DNA of 63,510 nt, filler included, from Asterionella formosa (GCA_002256025.1; 14 parts of 14 records of this genome joined end to end with filler, not necessarily neighbours in it); one strand, 5' to 3'; positions 47,054 to 60,623 are shown, numbered from the whole stretch's first letter. Program-made: numbers and translations. Notes: generated by a model not told the origin, from the sequence alone.

Positions 47054-50000
47054 GTGAGTGCTCATTTCGTTGTTTCTGATTCTGTTTTGGCGTCNNNNNN
47101 NNNNNNNNNNNNNNNNNNNNNNNNNNNNNNNNNNNNNNTTAATTAATTAANNNNNNNNNNNNNNNNNNNNNNNNNNNNNNNNNNNNNNNNNNNNTTTTAA
47201 TGGGTGTACTTTTATGTATGCTATGCTTCGTTGTCTACGACCCCCAAAATGTACACTATCGTGACTGAATTTGACTCATACTACTGGGTCTTGGACTATG
47301 ATAAGATTTCCCTTATATTTCATTTTTATGAGTTCTACAGTATGGCGCACAATGAATATTAAAATGATCACTATTTCCGTCAAGCGAAAATTCACCATGC
47401 AGCCAAGCACAAGTGACCTCACAGTGCTATTGGCGACTTCAATTTTCTTTGTCAATAATCGTGTTGTTACAATAATTCTTTTTCGATTGTATTGACTTTA
47501 TTGTGCTTAATATCTGTGCCTAATAGCACAGTGTCTTTCTCAATTTTTGTGGTGATAATTTGTATATTTGTCATCATGGTCAAGGGTGAGATGTCATGAT
47601 GCAGGATTCTTCAGCTGCTCTCAACCACTACATGCTTGATATGTACAAAAGAATCGAAACATCTTAGCAAAAAAAATTTATAATGTTATACTGGTGGCCC
47701 AAATGAGGACCAACAGAATTATAGCAGCCATGTGCGTTACATTGTCTACTATGTGTCTAGAAAATCATTGGGTATTTGGTTCAACCTCAAGCAAATTGTA
47801 CAGAGGAGGGGGGGGGGGGGGGGCCGCCACGGTGGGGGTGTGAACTAATGGCCAAATGCTGATTTTAGTACCATCTGGCCAAGATTTTTCAGGAAAGCGA
47901 TGCAAACATGTTACTATCAATATTATAATAGTATTCGAGCGCGCTGTTCCAAATACTATGTATAGTTGTTTTATCAATTTTGAACCGGCCCACCAAATAT
48001 TAAAAATTTCCAACCACTAAAGCGAGCCCACCATCTATTTCGTCCTCCCCAGCAGGTCCTCATTTGAGGTTCCGCAGGCAACAATCCAACAAAAGTTGAA
48101 AGTCTTCTGGTGTTATACCTTTCTCTTGTGCTTGTTGAGAACTATCCAGCTCAATTGCACTCTTGTGCGGCTTGCTCTAAACTCCAGATCCAAGTATAAA
48201 ATCGTTTGAAAATATGTTTTCATGAATTTTTGATTTTCACTTTTTCCCATCTCGAGAAAAATGGAGATGAATGAGAACGCCTTTTGCCATCACCTCTTCT
48301 CAACAAGCAAAAGTATCTATCAGTGGAACAACGTTAACTTGTCTTCGATTTTTATATACAAGAAGTGCGCACTTGTGCTACCTTGGGTACTACCATGAAC
48401 ATAAATCCAGCTAGCAATACATATAGCAGAAAAATGGGCGGTTATATTGGGTACTAGTAGTTGTAACATGCGACCGAGCTGGCATGTGCATATTCAAATC
48501 CTAAAGTCATCAGAATCATTCATTATTGGTTTTTTCATCATCTCCACCACGCAAAGAATGTCAACATAGCTCATTTAGCACAAGATANNNNNNNNNNNNN
48601 NNNNNNNNNNNNNNNNNNNNNNNNNNNNNNNTTAATTAATTAANNNNNNNNNNNNNNNNNNNNNNNNNNNNNNNNNNNNNNNNNNNNAAGTCATTTCAAG
48701 TACAAGAAGGAAATCAGTGTGTGAGGATGCATTCATGTTGCAACTTCGTAGAATGATGCCTGTCAAGAGTGAATAATTTCCCCCTTCTGAATGAATGGCT
48801 TCCCCTTGTCTTGCAATGTCCTTACAGATGTCTCATAATGCCTGCCTTCTCAAGACTGAAGATTCCATTCTGATAGAACAGCTTTGTTTGATTGCATATC
48901 GAGATTTGTTTCCCATGTAATGTGAAATACCGGTTGTTGAATTAGTAATCAACATATTTGATTGTACTTTTAAATTACGTAAAAAAATTTAATAATTATG
49001 TGAAGTATTTCACAGATTTAGTATTTCAAATAATTATGTGAAGTATTTCAAATAATTATGTGAAGGTGATCACGTAATATAGTGATGATAGGAATGCATG
49101 CATGATACTCTGATCAAATAATTAACGTGATATATTCAGATAATATATAGATATATTCAAGTAAGCATTTTAATGTATTCAACTAATTCATGTGATCCAT
49201 TCAAAATCAACTAGGCTTATTTACGTAATGGTCACTTCACGTAATATGCGGCTTAGATGTAGCTGCCCTCGAAAATACTTGTAAACTGTAGAGTTAAAAT
49301 AGAATGAGTATTGTCATGCTCTTCACCATGTGCTAATCGTTTTTTAACACCAGTGTTGTTCATGACTCCGGTGACATAATCCTTCTTTCTTTTTGGTTTA
49401 TGTAAATGTGATCCAGTTGTCATCATTTCTTTTTCCATTTATCTCGCTTCCTAAATCTTTTGATTTGGCATGTGATTTGTTTGTCTTTCAATCTTCTAGG
49501 TCCAACAACATCATTGAGGATGCCAATGGCAGAGCATTGATTCTAAAGTTGTTTGCGAAGACTATTAGGGTCATGATAAAGTGCTGGATGACAATCACCT
49601 TGGTATTAATGCGGTTTGTCATTACCCTTTTCTGGGTTCTCATCAAGATCAAATAAAACTTTTACATCACTTGGATGAAGTTCATGAATTATATAATGGA
49701 TCATAGAGGTAATTGTTTCGAGGTCCCATATGAAAGATCTTTAAAATCTGAAGATGATTTTTTGATACCTTTGACTCCATAAAATACAGAGGCGTAATTA
49801 CATATTTCTTTTGGGGTAAGAGTGTACAACTCTTTCAAAAATTTTAGTTGTCCACGTGATTTCGGCAAACTCAAGGAAAATGCCGTTTGTTTTGGCATAT
49901 TAACTCTATGTTTGCTTTGGCATAAAACTCTACACATTTCACATGCCGACTTTTCACAAAAGTAGATGCCTTCTGGATTGTTTTCAATGATTTTACAAAG

Positions 50001-51420
50001 AAATTCTTTTTCTTCCATGTATGATTTGGAAAAAGATTCAATTTTGTGTTTCTGACTTTGTTTCCTAATCAGAGCATCANNNNNNNNNNNNNNNNNNNNN
50101 NNNNNNNNNNNNNNNNNNNNNNNTTAATTAATTAANNNNNNNNNNNNNNNNNNNNNNNNNNNNNNNNNNNNNNNNNNNNTGAGATCGAAGCAACAGAGCG
50201 TGATGAATTTGAACTTGATTATTCCACAGCGGCCACTGTCGCAAAGCGGGTAGCGGAAGTATAATGACGCTACCTGTGTGTCTGCCTCGTATCAATACAG
50301 GTTACTCCTTTTCAATCTAGAACCAGCAGCTAGAAAACCTTACAATACCCGAGCTGCCGCCAAACGTAGGATCCTGCCTTTTTGCTATGTACATTCATTA
50401 AAATATATATATGAATGATGTAACAGTCATTAACGGTTAATCATCATGACCCTTTTAATAATACATGTCACATATGGTGGCTGCAACTTTGCAATCACTC
50501 ACTTCACTCACCATGATGCAAATCTCTGTTTGTCTTGCTATTCCAATGATCAACCAGCAATGACTTCATCACTGAATCTTGGTTGTTCTTTGTGACAGTT
50601 AGCACTACCTCAGGTACCATTTGTTCCATTTTCCATGGGCTTGTTGGATACCTGAAATTGATTTTCAGTGACAAAGGGGAAAGAATAGGAAGGAACATGA
50701 CAAACAATAATGAGACCAACAAATCAAGGCACAGAAGGAGATCATTGCCTAATAGCATAAATCCAAAGCACAAGTTTTTTGATATGAAGAGACAATTAGT
50801 CAGAATTGCCAAAACCTTGGCGAGGTGAATGTCTTCAAGTTTCAATAAAAGTACAAGGATAGGAGAACAACATCTACAAATTTCAACATAAAGTAGAAGA
50901 AGGATATGATCCATTGACAGATTGAAAAAGGTTGCAGGAAGAAGGTAAAATAAAAATTGGAAGTGAAATGAAATGAGACAATTTATCAGTGTGTCTTGGA
51001 AGGGAGGGTTAATTGATTTTTGTGTCAATGAAAGAATGTCTTGTGTCAATCAAGGATACATGGTGGATGAAAGTTTTGACGATCTTCTGGCAAGCCGAAA
51101 ACATCAAGGCTAGCTGTGCCTGAGCCTGTATCATTCAGCTGGACAATCGTGCCACACCAAGCTTGCAACCTACAGGTTCGACTGTTTAAATTGATCTCAG
51201 GCCAAGGATATTGCCATAGCGAATGTCATTGGCAATGCTTGTGATGTTGTTGAAAGTTGTTTCAAGATGGTGACCAGTAAGAATACAATAATAGTATAAA
51301 TGTATTAACAAATAGATAGAATACAATAGTTGCTGTTTTTTGTGTATCCATAAAATATTTGAGACTGTTGCGCCAGATGTACAAGGAGGGTAAAGGACTA
51401 TGGGAGGTACAAGGCACCAA

Positions 51421-51571
51421 GTGGGTTCCCCCCCCCCTACAAGCAGCATGTGCCACCTTCTTAGGCAGTCAGAGTTTCCACTAATGCTGCATCTAGCTAA
51501 GAGACAATCACCTTTCGGAAATGGTGAATGGGGACTCACCTATGCTAACAAAGCTAGGCAAGCACAGGTCT
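51421..51571 (+). repeat. Second copy of the structured module at 36497-36635, truncated by contig end
   Basis: Shared gtgggtt..cccccta, tgtgcc.ccttc.taggcagt, ctaatgct, gctaa, acaatcaccttt, tcacctatgctaacaaa, ctagg.aagcacaggtct. Confidence 0.85.
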
Positions 51572-51671
51572 NNNNNNNNNNNNNNNNNNNNNNNNNNNNN
51601 NNNNNNNNNNNNNNNTTAATTAATTAANNNNNNNNNNNNNNNNNNNNNNNNNNNNNNNNNNNNNNNNNNNN

Positions 51672-51971
51672 AGCAATTCCGCGCATAGGATGGACGTTGT
51701 CCGTGACCTTGCCTTCTATTCCGGCGTTCGCAACATTCTCGTGGATGATCTGTCGATTCTTCTCCGCCCGCTCCCCATCAAAGCCAAGTACATCAGCTAG
51801 TATATCAACTGCAGCTCCTCCTATCTGATCGATGGCTCTATCGGTCACATCAGTTAGGTGTGTTGTTCTCTTTTGAAGGCTTTTCGCCTCCGCATTGTCA
51901 ACTTCTGTTTCCGATGATGACTCTTGATTCAAAGGGTTAACGACGGCTTCAGGAGATTCAGCGTCGGTCAT
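51672..51971 (-). CDS. 5' fragment of a hypothetical protein
   Basis: ATG 51971, ~100 open codons to the contig end (MTDAESPEAVV...); divergent from the gene at 52699. Confidence 0.55.
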
Positions 51972-52698
51972 GGTATTTCGTGTTGCTGGAAGGATCGCAA
52001 TCTGAAACAATATATGTGAACAGAGGCAGTTCTCGATCTCGATTGAATTTGACGATCACGCTTAACATACAAATAATGATGAGGGTTCGCGGGAGCGCAG
52101 GAGGCAACGTATAGGTATAATGGATATGCCGGCATTTTTATGCATAAAAATAGAATTGCGAACATACTATCGCTTCTATAATACACCTGGTGATACATAC
52201 ACCGCCATGTGCGTACCGGTATGTACTTCATATTGAAGTACCGGTAAAAGAAAACCAACAATGCATACCGACTGGGATCATGCATCTCGAGAAGCTTGCT
52301 GAGGAAGGGAAAATGGGGAGAACTTGTGTACGGTACCTGGTACCAGGTACCAGGTAGCTAGTTCGTAAGGATAGCAGTACAAAAATAGTACGGTAAGTGG
52401 ACATGAATACAAAATATTGTGTGTGTAGGAACAATACTGTGTACCCCAGGTACCGGAAACCACAGCCCTCCAGCCATGATCAAACAATGTGTAGCACCGA
52501 ATCTGCTGCTGGTGTGCATCACTGCATGTAATGAACCGTACTACCGGTATATTGGTAATATATACCGGTATTGCATATTTACTGTATACATATAGCATAC
52601 CGGTAAGCAGTGCATGATGCGGCTTGCGGCTCGCCTCGTCGTCCCATCTTGTCATATAATTTTACCTCTTTTGTCGACATGGCGATCATCCAACAAAA

Positions 52699-53063
52699 AT
52701 GGCATCAACAAAACCCCAGCAAGCAACAGAAAAAGATGATAATCATATAGTCCTCTTCTATCGATACCATGAGCTATCTTCCGATCGAGCTCTCATGGAA
52801 GAATATAGAACAGCGTTGGCACGACTTTGTTCAGTTCTGCGTCTGAAAGGTCGCATTTTGGTTGGCTGCAGTGACAAGGCAGAAGGCATCAATGGGACTC
52901 TGGCTGGAATGCTCAACGGCGTTCGAATTTTCACCTACGCCCTCCTCGGGAAGGATTACCTTGAAAGTCAGAATCATATCATTATCGACTTGGACGAGCA
53001 AGCAACTTTCATCCTCAATACCTTTTGGGGCGACTGCAAGGCCTTCGCGGACAAAGCAGGCGT
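52699..53063 (+). CDS. 5' fragment of a UPF0176/TrhO/TSTD2-type rhodanese protein
   Basis: IVLFYRY..LKGRILVG..EGINGTLAG, the N-terminal signature of this family. Confidence 0.8.
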
Positions 53064-53377
53064 NNNNNNNNNNNNNNNNNNNNNNNNNNNNNNNNNNNNN
53101 NNNNNNNTTAATTAATTAANNNNNNNNNNNNNNNNNNNNNNNNNNNNNNNNNNNNNNNNNNNNAGATGAGGTATGTACCACTGCCAAAATTCTACATGTA
53201 GAATTTTCAGTAGAATATATGCCCTCATTTTCGTAGAATATTCTACTCAGTCATACAAATTGGGTTAGGGTTAGCTGTGGGTTAAAAAAATAATTCTGTC
53301 TACCGGTAATCATTTGTACACACTGGCTGACCACCTGCCATCGTGCATTGTTTTGATAATAGGAGTACTTGTACCTG

Positions 53378-53400
53378 CAAGTCGCGGTCATTTTGCTGAA
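53378..53400 (+). mobile_element. Solitary TIR of the MITE family
   Basis: ctg|CAAGTCGCGGTCATTTTGCTGAA followed by non-MITE sequence; no partner TIR seen before the contig end. Confidence 0.65.
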
Positions 53401-56400
53401 ATTGATGACGTGACGCAGGACAGGCGTTGGATTAGATAGAAAACATCATCAATTCACTCTTTAAAATCTTCAGCATGCATGGTGATCAACAATTAGTGAT
53501 CTACTAGGTTTTATGCTAATTTTATTCTTCACAACAGGGAAACATCAAGAAAACACAACAATGACCGAGGCAATAGAGGGGCGGCCTGAAGCAAAGGACG
53601 TAAGAAACTAAACATAGCTTTATTCTCTCCAAACTCAAAATCGTATGATCATAAACATTTTTTTACCCAATAACAAACAAACGATTATATCTACAGTATG
53701 TCAATGCAAACAATGAATGATATCGACGGATTGATAGTTATAGTGCAGCAGGCAGCATTCAATTCGTTTGACCCAAAGCAATTAAATTTTCTTTCTTAAC
53801 AATACAGGAGGATCTTCTCAGATCCAATTTAGGCTCGAGAAGGCTGATTTCCTTGTTGAGGAATCGGTAAAAATGGCAAGAAGGGGGCAGCAATTTATCC
53901 ACACATTCCTTCCTAGTAACAGCAGCACCCCTCCACTCAATTGTGTGGCCAACCAAACCACCACAAGCACAAATGTCGACTCACACTTTCTTCACTGGTC
54001 CCAAGACAAGGTGATAGATTGATCCATATCGACGCATCTTTAGCACCTCCTCTCCAGAACCACTTTGCACTCCTTTACACATCAACAGCAGTTCGAGTGA
54101 GTACCACCACCAAACTTATCCCACCTGACAGCGCCAGAAGTCAATTCATGCGCTTTGCTGATATCAGGAGGGTTCAATTTGTACAACCCAGGCTGTTCAC
54201 ACCAGGAAACGCCATGCCAGCTGCCCTGTGATTGCAAATAGAGAAGTTTATTATTGGCGCTATAAATGTGAAGTTATAATAATAAATTATCAAAGTGCCG
54301 GAGTAGACTAATACCGGAGCAAGCACTACTACATGTTTAAGATATATTCTTTGTTTCCTTGCATACATCATGAAGTGCATCCCTGAGGACCTCTTTTGAA
54401 AGAGGTAAGGACAGAGAACAATGACAAGCATGAAGGAGGAGAGGAAAAGTTTAAGGGCCCCCAATATTGATCCTGACAAGGTCAAGTCCTCTTACAGTTT
54501 TATGACTCTGCAATCAGTCTGTAGTGTCACTACTAGGTAGTTCTTTGGACCATAGNNNNNNNNNNNNNNNNNNNNNNNNNNNNNNNNNNNNNNNNNNNNT
54601 TAATTAATTAANNNNNNNNNNNNNNNNNNNNNNNNNNNNNNNNNNNNNNNNNNNNTCACCAGAAACTATTGTCAGTTGACCCCAAAAATTATGTGGGTTT
54701 CTAAAATAATTATGGAAGTTATTGAAACTAATTTAGTTCGTTCCTATCATATACTAACTACTAGACGAAAACAACAAGGGTGGTGGTGGTGTGGTCGACA
54801 GTCTCTTCCTCGCAGACATCAAGAACCCGGTGTGTAGTATCGCCTCTAAACGGGTCAAGGAGTCGTTTACCGGTCGTGTACCGCTACGTGGTACCCTGGT
54901 ACCAGGTTACTATAGTCTAATTGTATCGTATATACGCACAGGTACACGTATCCTGGATTCAATCTCTGTCGATTTCGCGCGGAAATACTCACTCTTTTGT
55001 TGTTGTTGGGACTCAGCGTGTCAAGTCGTTTGGAGCACCGAACACACATGCCAACGCATAGCACCAAAACTCAACCACTTGAGGGGACATTTAAAATTAA
55101 AATGACTGCCGCCGGCGCGCAGTTCCGATCGAGCAAATTTACATACCGGCCGGTAATGGGGTACCCCTGGTACAAGGTACTATGGTAGGCCAACAAACTG
55201 ATCATCAAATTCGAATGTGCTGAAGAAGGGCTTATAAATTCAGCGGTTTGCAATTGTGACCTAATGCAAGCACACTCATTTGTATAGAATTTAGCGAAAT
55301 GCCTGCATGTGTGTTCCGAAACAATACTCCGGAATCCGAAGTGTGGTTACGAGTACGGTTCGACAAATACCGTAGTTATTTTACCCTACATACACACGTG
55401 TGAATCCTGAATATCATGTGATACTAAAGATCTAGTACCGGGTTACTCCAGTACTATCAGGTAAATAGATCCAAAGGTAGTGGTACTTCGCTGATAAACC
55501 ATAGATTTAAACCCATGCCTGTAGCCGGCAATAGCTACCAGTGGTAGGTGCAAATAATGATTGTGCTTAAAACCAAGACTTCAACGGTTAGTCTCGTGAG
55601 TATTTAGATGCCCACACAGGACTCGTCAATACATACCAAGGATAGCGCAATTCATGTATGCATATTATCAGCGAGCTTGCAGTACTTGTGTATGGCTGTG
55701 AAGCCATTGGACTCAATTGCAATATACATATATATATCGATGAATACCAGGACTAATCTCCTCTGTCACGTAGATTTCTATATATTCTTCATGCGCTTAA
55801 TGTAGAATCCTTATTTGAATTTGAATCGGCAGCGAGTCAGGCCGTCACTGGTTAGCGATTTGAATTTTGACAGTGCAAGATACGAAGAAACGTTTCTTGT
55901 CAACAAATTTTCATAGGATCATCGCTCTTTCGGGTGTGTCATAAAAGGGATTCTAGGCCATCTTGCTTACCTATTTACCTTCCTCCGTCCATGATGCTTC
56001 ATCTCGTTTGCTTAGCTCTCCTCGCTGTTGGGGTGGTCGCCCAACCCNNNNNNNNNNNNNNNNNNNNNNNNNNNNNNNNNNNNNNNNNNNNTTAATTAAT
56101 TAANNNNNNNNNNNNNNNNNNNNNNNNNNNNNNNNNNNNNNNNNNNNTGTTTGGCAGTAGTTGTTTTGTTTATTTCAACCATTTTGGATTTAGTGTCTCC
56201 AGTATTGCAGATTTCTTGTTGTTTCGTCATGTCTGCTGGAGTATAGTATGGAGTATAATAATCGATACTTGCATAAGTGCATTCTTTGCCTTGAAGACTT
56301 TTTTGATTTAGTTTATCTGCGTAGATGTTGCTTCAGTAATGGGTGGACTTTCAACCTTGCCGTAATCTCAAATCTAGATATGCTTAGCAATGTTTGTCTG

Positions 56401-56749
56401 CCGTTTCATTAGACTGCCAGTATTACTAGATGATATACTAGCACTTACCGCTACCCTAACTACTATTTTAAACATATATGCCATTAAATCCATTGGTGAA
56501 GTAAAGGTGAAATGGTTCGATTATGGTAGTTAAAAATTGGTTCGCTTCAGTTTCCAGTCTTGGTGGTTGTTCATTGAAAGCTTGGGTCACTTGTTTCTGG
56601 TCTCGGTGTTTGCCGGTTCATTGTGAACCAAAGAGCAAACACATGAACCTGAAGTGCGACGCTTAGAAGGCGGAACATAGGATTGCGTGGGTGTTCTATT
56701 GGCATTGCTGGTATCAGTAGGAAAAAATGGTAGTAGACATGCGAAGTCC

Positions 56750-57539
56750 TTAGGGTACTACATGTCCATGGACATGGGGTACATTGTCCGGCGGCAATTC
56801 TTCGTCTATATATACAAACAAAGCTACAGGCTCGTGAGGAGATTCTTCTAAGGTGCACTGTGGGTACCCAGCAGTTCCCCCTTGTTGTGATTGGCTAATG
56901 GAAGAAGAACTATAGGGGGTAACCGGGCCTTCTGTGATAGGAAAATGTTGGCTCTCATCAGCTTGAAGTGTTGGCGTTGGTTCATTGAAACCATGGATCA
57001 CTTGAGTATCCTCGGCTGGAATTGGTCTTCGCCGGAACTTGGTGAACCAAAGAGCAAAAAAGCAAACCGGAAGTACTATGCCCAGAAAGACGGAAAGTAG
57101 AATTACTTTTCCATTATCGGCATTGCTGGTATCGGCATTGCTTGTATCGGCATTGCTGGTATCGGCATTGCTGGTATCGGCATCACATGAAGTTGATTCT
57201 TTAGGGATGCAGCAAATTTCTGGCTGCAAAGCAAATCAGTGATGCTGGTGAGATGCCAATATTGTTGAAACATGTCCTCAGAGGCTGGCACTCACCTCAT
57301 TCTTTTTTTCTCTGCTGGTATTGTTCCTGAATGGGTTAAAACCCCCGTAATCCTCAGCTGGACAGTCCGAGGCTGCCTTTGGTGTAAAATTAGTTTTGCA
57401 AATGGAGTCATCGACAAAACTCCGAAACGTTTCAAATTGAGAGCGATTGAACATGAGATTTTTGCAGGACTGTCGAGCATCTTCCTGCCTTGTGGAAAGA
57501 ATTTCATTCCAACTGTTTCTTCCTTCGTCTGCTTCATCT
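56750..57539 (-). CDS. 3' fragment of a single-pass membrane protein with (ADTSN)4 stalk
   Basis: Exon open to 57296, 72-bp GTGAG..GCAG intron, exon 57223-56750 with Cys cluster, 15-bp tandem repeat and TM VILLSVFLGIVLPVCFFALWF. Confidence 0.65.
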
Positions 57540-57766
57540 NNNNNNNNNNNNNNNNNNNNNNNNNNNNNNNNNNNNNNNNNNNNTTAATTAATTAANNNNN
57601 NNNNNNNNNNNNNNNNNNNNNNNNNNNNNNNNNNNNNNNGTAGTATTCCAAAGTGTGAGAAGGATGATCAGCACAGTCTTAGGTCGTCCTGTTATAGCCC
57701 CATCAGGACGGTCAACCGGCATCAGAAAGTATCTATCGTATGTATGAATATACCTCCTGGCTGTAT

Positions 57767-59031
57767 TGTTGAAAGGTCTCGTACTCCTTCCCGTCTGACG
57801 GGTTCCTCTTACGTAGAACTTACCTGCAATACCACTAGTATTGTTATCTTCTTTCTGCTGCTAGCCTTTGTGCTAGTTTTCGTTATTGACCTTACTCTGT
57901 CAATTCTCACTGTTTCTTAATTATAAGATTAAACTAAAACTAAGTTTCAATCCCATTCATCACACTTCGAGAACCTGTTCTTCGTGTTCCCTTTTCGTTG
58001 ATGTAAACCTTCTTCTGATTGATCTAAGACATCAATCTCGTTAGCAAGCTTCTTGACATGGGAACGCACCATTTGACTCATTGGACTATAGTCGAGTCCA
58101 CAGTCCTTGTGACTCATTATAGCCATTGATGCTATATTCTTGACATCCTCCTCGTTACCATGTTCAAGAAGTTCTAAAATTGTACCACTCAGCACAGGTC
58201 CAGATAACCTTGTAAAAATCTGCTCTTTGACATTCTTTGTCAAAATGTCTGCTGGATTGTTTTCTGATCTTAGAAAAACAATATGCAACTCACCCTCATC
58301 TATCATGTTCTTGACATGATGAAACTTAATATCAATGTGTTTTTGTAGTGGACCTTGTTCCGTGATATTAAAATCCTCCTTGATCATATTTTTCATATAG
58401 TCGACTACATTCCTGGTACCACAAATAATTCCATCATCCACGTAGTTTGCCAACAGCCCTTCAATTTGTCCATCGTTGTTACGGTAGATAAACAACATTG
58501 GGTCTATTTCACTTTTCGTTATACCTGTCTTGCTGGTGACGCATTTCGCAAATGTCTTAGACCAGCATCTTGGAGCTTGTACAATTCCATACATAGCCTT
58601 AATTAATTTGCAGATATGTATATTCTGATCGATCCCTGTCAATCCTTCTGGGGGCTCAATATAAATGTCTTCGTCGACGTCAGCATTTAGAAACGCTGCT
58701 TCAACGTCAATTGCTTCCGCTATCCAACCGTAGTACAAAGTAACAGCCAGAACAGTTTTTATTGTAGCATCACTTGCAACAGGAGCGAATGTTTCAGTAA
58801 AATCAACTCCCGGGATCTGTTCATATCCCTTTACAACCAACCGTGCCTTGTATACTGTCTTTCCAGTTATAACGTCCTCCTTAATACGGAAGACCCATCT
58901 TGTCTTAAGAGCTCTCTTGTTCACGTCATTTCTCTTAACTATTTTCCATACTCCTCTTGCTTTGAAGTTTTCAAATTCTTTCTTTATAGCTTTCATCCAC
59001 TCTTTGCGATCAGGTCTTACCATTGCCTCAT
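57767..59031 (-). mobile_element. Ty1/Copia retrotransposon 3' part (RT, internally deleted RNase H, PPT, putative 3' LTR 58145-57767)
   Basis: KTRWVF, YKARLVVKGYEQIPGVDF, DVEAAFL, LIKAMYG, YVDD, KHID, NPADILTK; PPT gaggagga then TGTCAAG...TTTCAACA. Confidence 0.93.
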
Positions 59032-59131
59032 NNNNNNNNNNNNNNNNNNNNNNNNNNNNNNNNNNNNNNNNNNNNTTAATTAATTAANNNNNNNNNNNNN
59101 NNNNNNNNNNNNNNNNNNNNNNNNNNNNNNN

Positions 59132-60040
59132 TTGAACGACAGAGTTGATGGCTTAGTTCTACCACAACACTTACAGTCTCTTTTGAATCATTTGTCATCC
59201 TTCGGTTTTTCATCCTCTGCATAGTCCTCATCATCAATACAAAGTAATAGATCTTTGAATGATCAAAGTGTGTCAACATCTGTTAGTGCCATTCACATGA
59301 AGAAAAATGAAAATGGATGTCCAAGGTATGAACTGTATAAGAATCATTTGAGACACCTGTCGATTTGGCATGAATGGTTTGGTACACACTTCTTTGATCA
59401 CAATAATAATCTAGGGTGTTTCCAGGGTGGCATTTTTCAGCTAGAAGCGAAATTCACAAACCAATGGCGTTTCAATTTCACTCAAGCAGAAAGCAAAAGA
59501 TTTTCAAGAATCAAGCTAGAAGTTAAGCGCATTGAAGCCCTCATTTTGAAGACAAACAAAACATCAACAATTATTCTGCAAGTTGTAGATGATTCCTTAA
59601 CCAGCTTGAATTCGAAAATGATTACCATAACAAACATTGAGCAGCATCTGACAACAAATTTCGACTTTCTAGCATTGCAAATTTCTAATCAAGGTTTGAC
59701 ATCTTCACCATCAGCTACTGAGATGCCTGCAGTGAAGGCAAAAAGTGTCATCAAACCTACAGTTGAATTTGAATTGACAGCTAAACCTGCATACAAGGAT
59801 CATATTCCACAAACCAAAGTTGGAACCATTACTGAAGCAATTGAAGTAGCCAAAGTTGTGAAAGTTGGTGATGCATACAATTCTACATTGATGACAACCA
59901 GTATGTGTGATGTGTGTGGTGACATCGTCATTCAATTGCATCAATGTATCATCTCTTACAAAAAATCACATATCAGGCTATCAAATTGCAGGTGAGCAAG
60001 GAACAATATGTTCTAATTGTCTTGTCAAAAGTAAAGACGT
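59132..60040 (+). mobile_element. Second Crypton-type fragment (GCR1_C-like region plus Cys/His-rich tail)
   Basis: 59132-59702 closely matches the reverse complement of 57-636, then continues to CDVC..HQC. Confidence 0.78.
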
Positions 60041-60623
60041 CGAATTGGATAAAGATAATTAAGATGAATTAAAAGGAGATAAATTTTATTATACACCTAA
60101 TAGAATATGGAAAGAAATCCGAATCCCACTCAGGAGCTTTGAAGAATGCATACTGTGCCATTTCTACCTTTAAATAGCATTTTCGTCTAAAGTCATTCAC
60201 TAAATCATTTTGGTAGTCTCAATACTCAAAAATCCTTCAGTATCAAATTTGCATTATTGTTAACAGTAATTGCATGCCAAGTCATTCTACAGTCATCTAC
60301 ATTATTTTTGATTTCTTTATGATTTGATGCTAACTTTGATGATGTGCTTTTTCTCTCAAAAAATAGTTTTTCTGCTCCTTGTAATTTCGGGAGAGGAAAT
60401 TAACAAATCAACTGCTATAAGAATGATTTTGTAATAGCAAGTATGCATGAGAAGAGAAGCGATCCTGGATTTCCTTGCAGGAATTGTCAATGAAAACGGA
60501 TGCTGCAATGATTTTTTTGTACTNNNNNNNNNNNNNNNNNNNNNNNNNNNNNNNNNNNNNNNNNNNNTTAATTAATTAANNNNNNNNNNNNNNNNNNNNN
60601 NNNNNNNNNNNNNNNNNNNNNNN

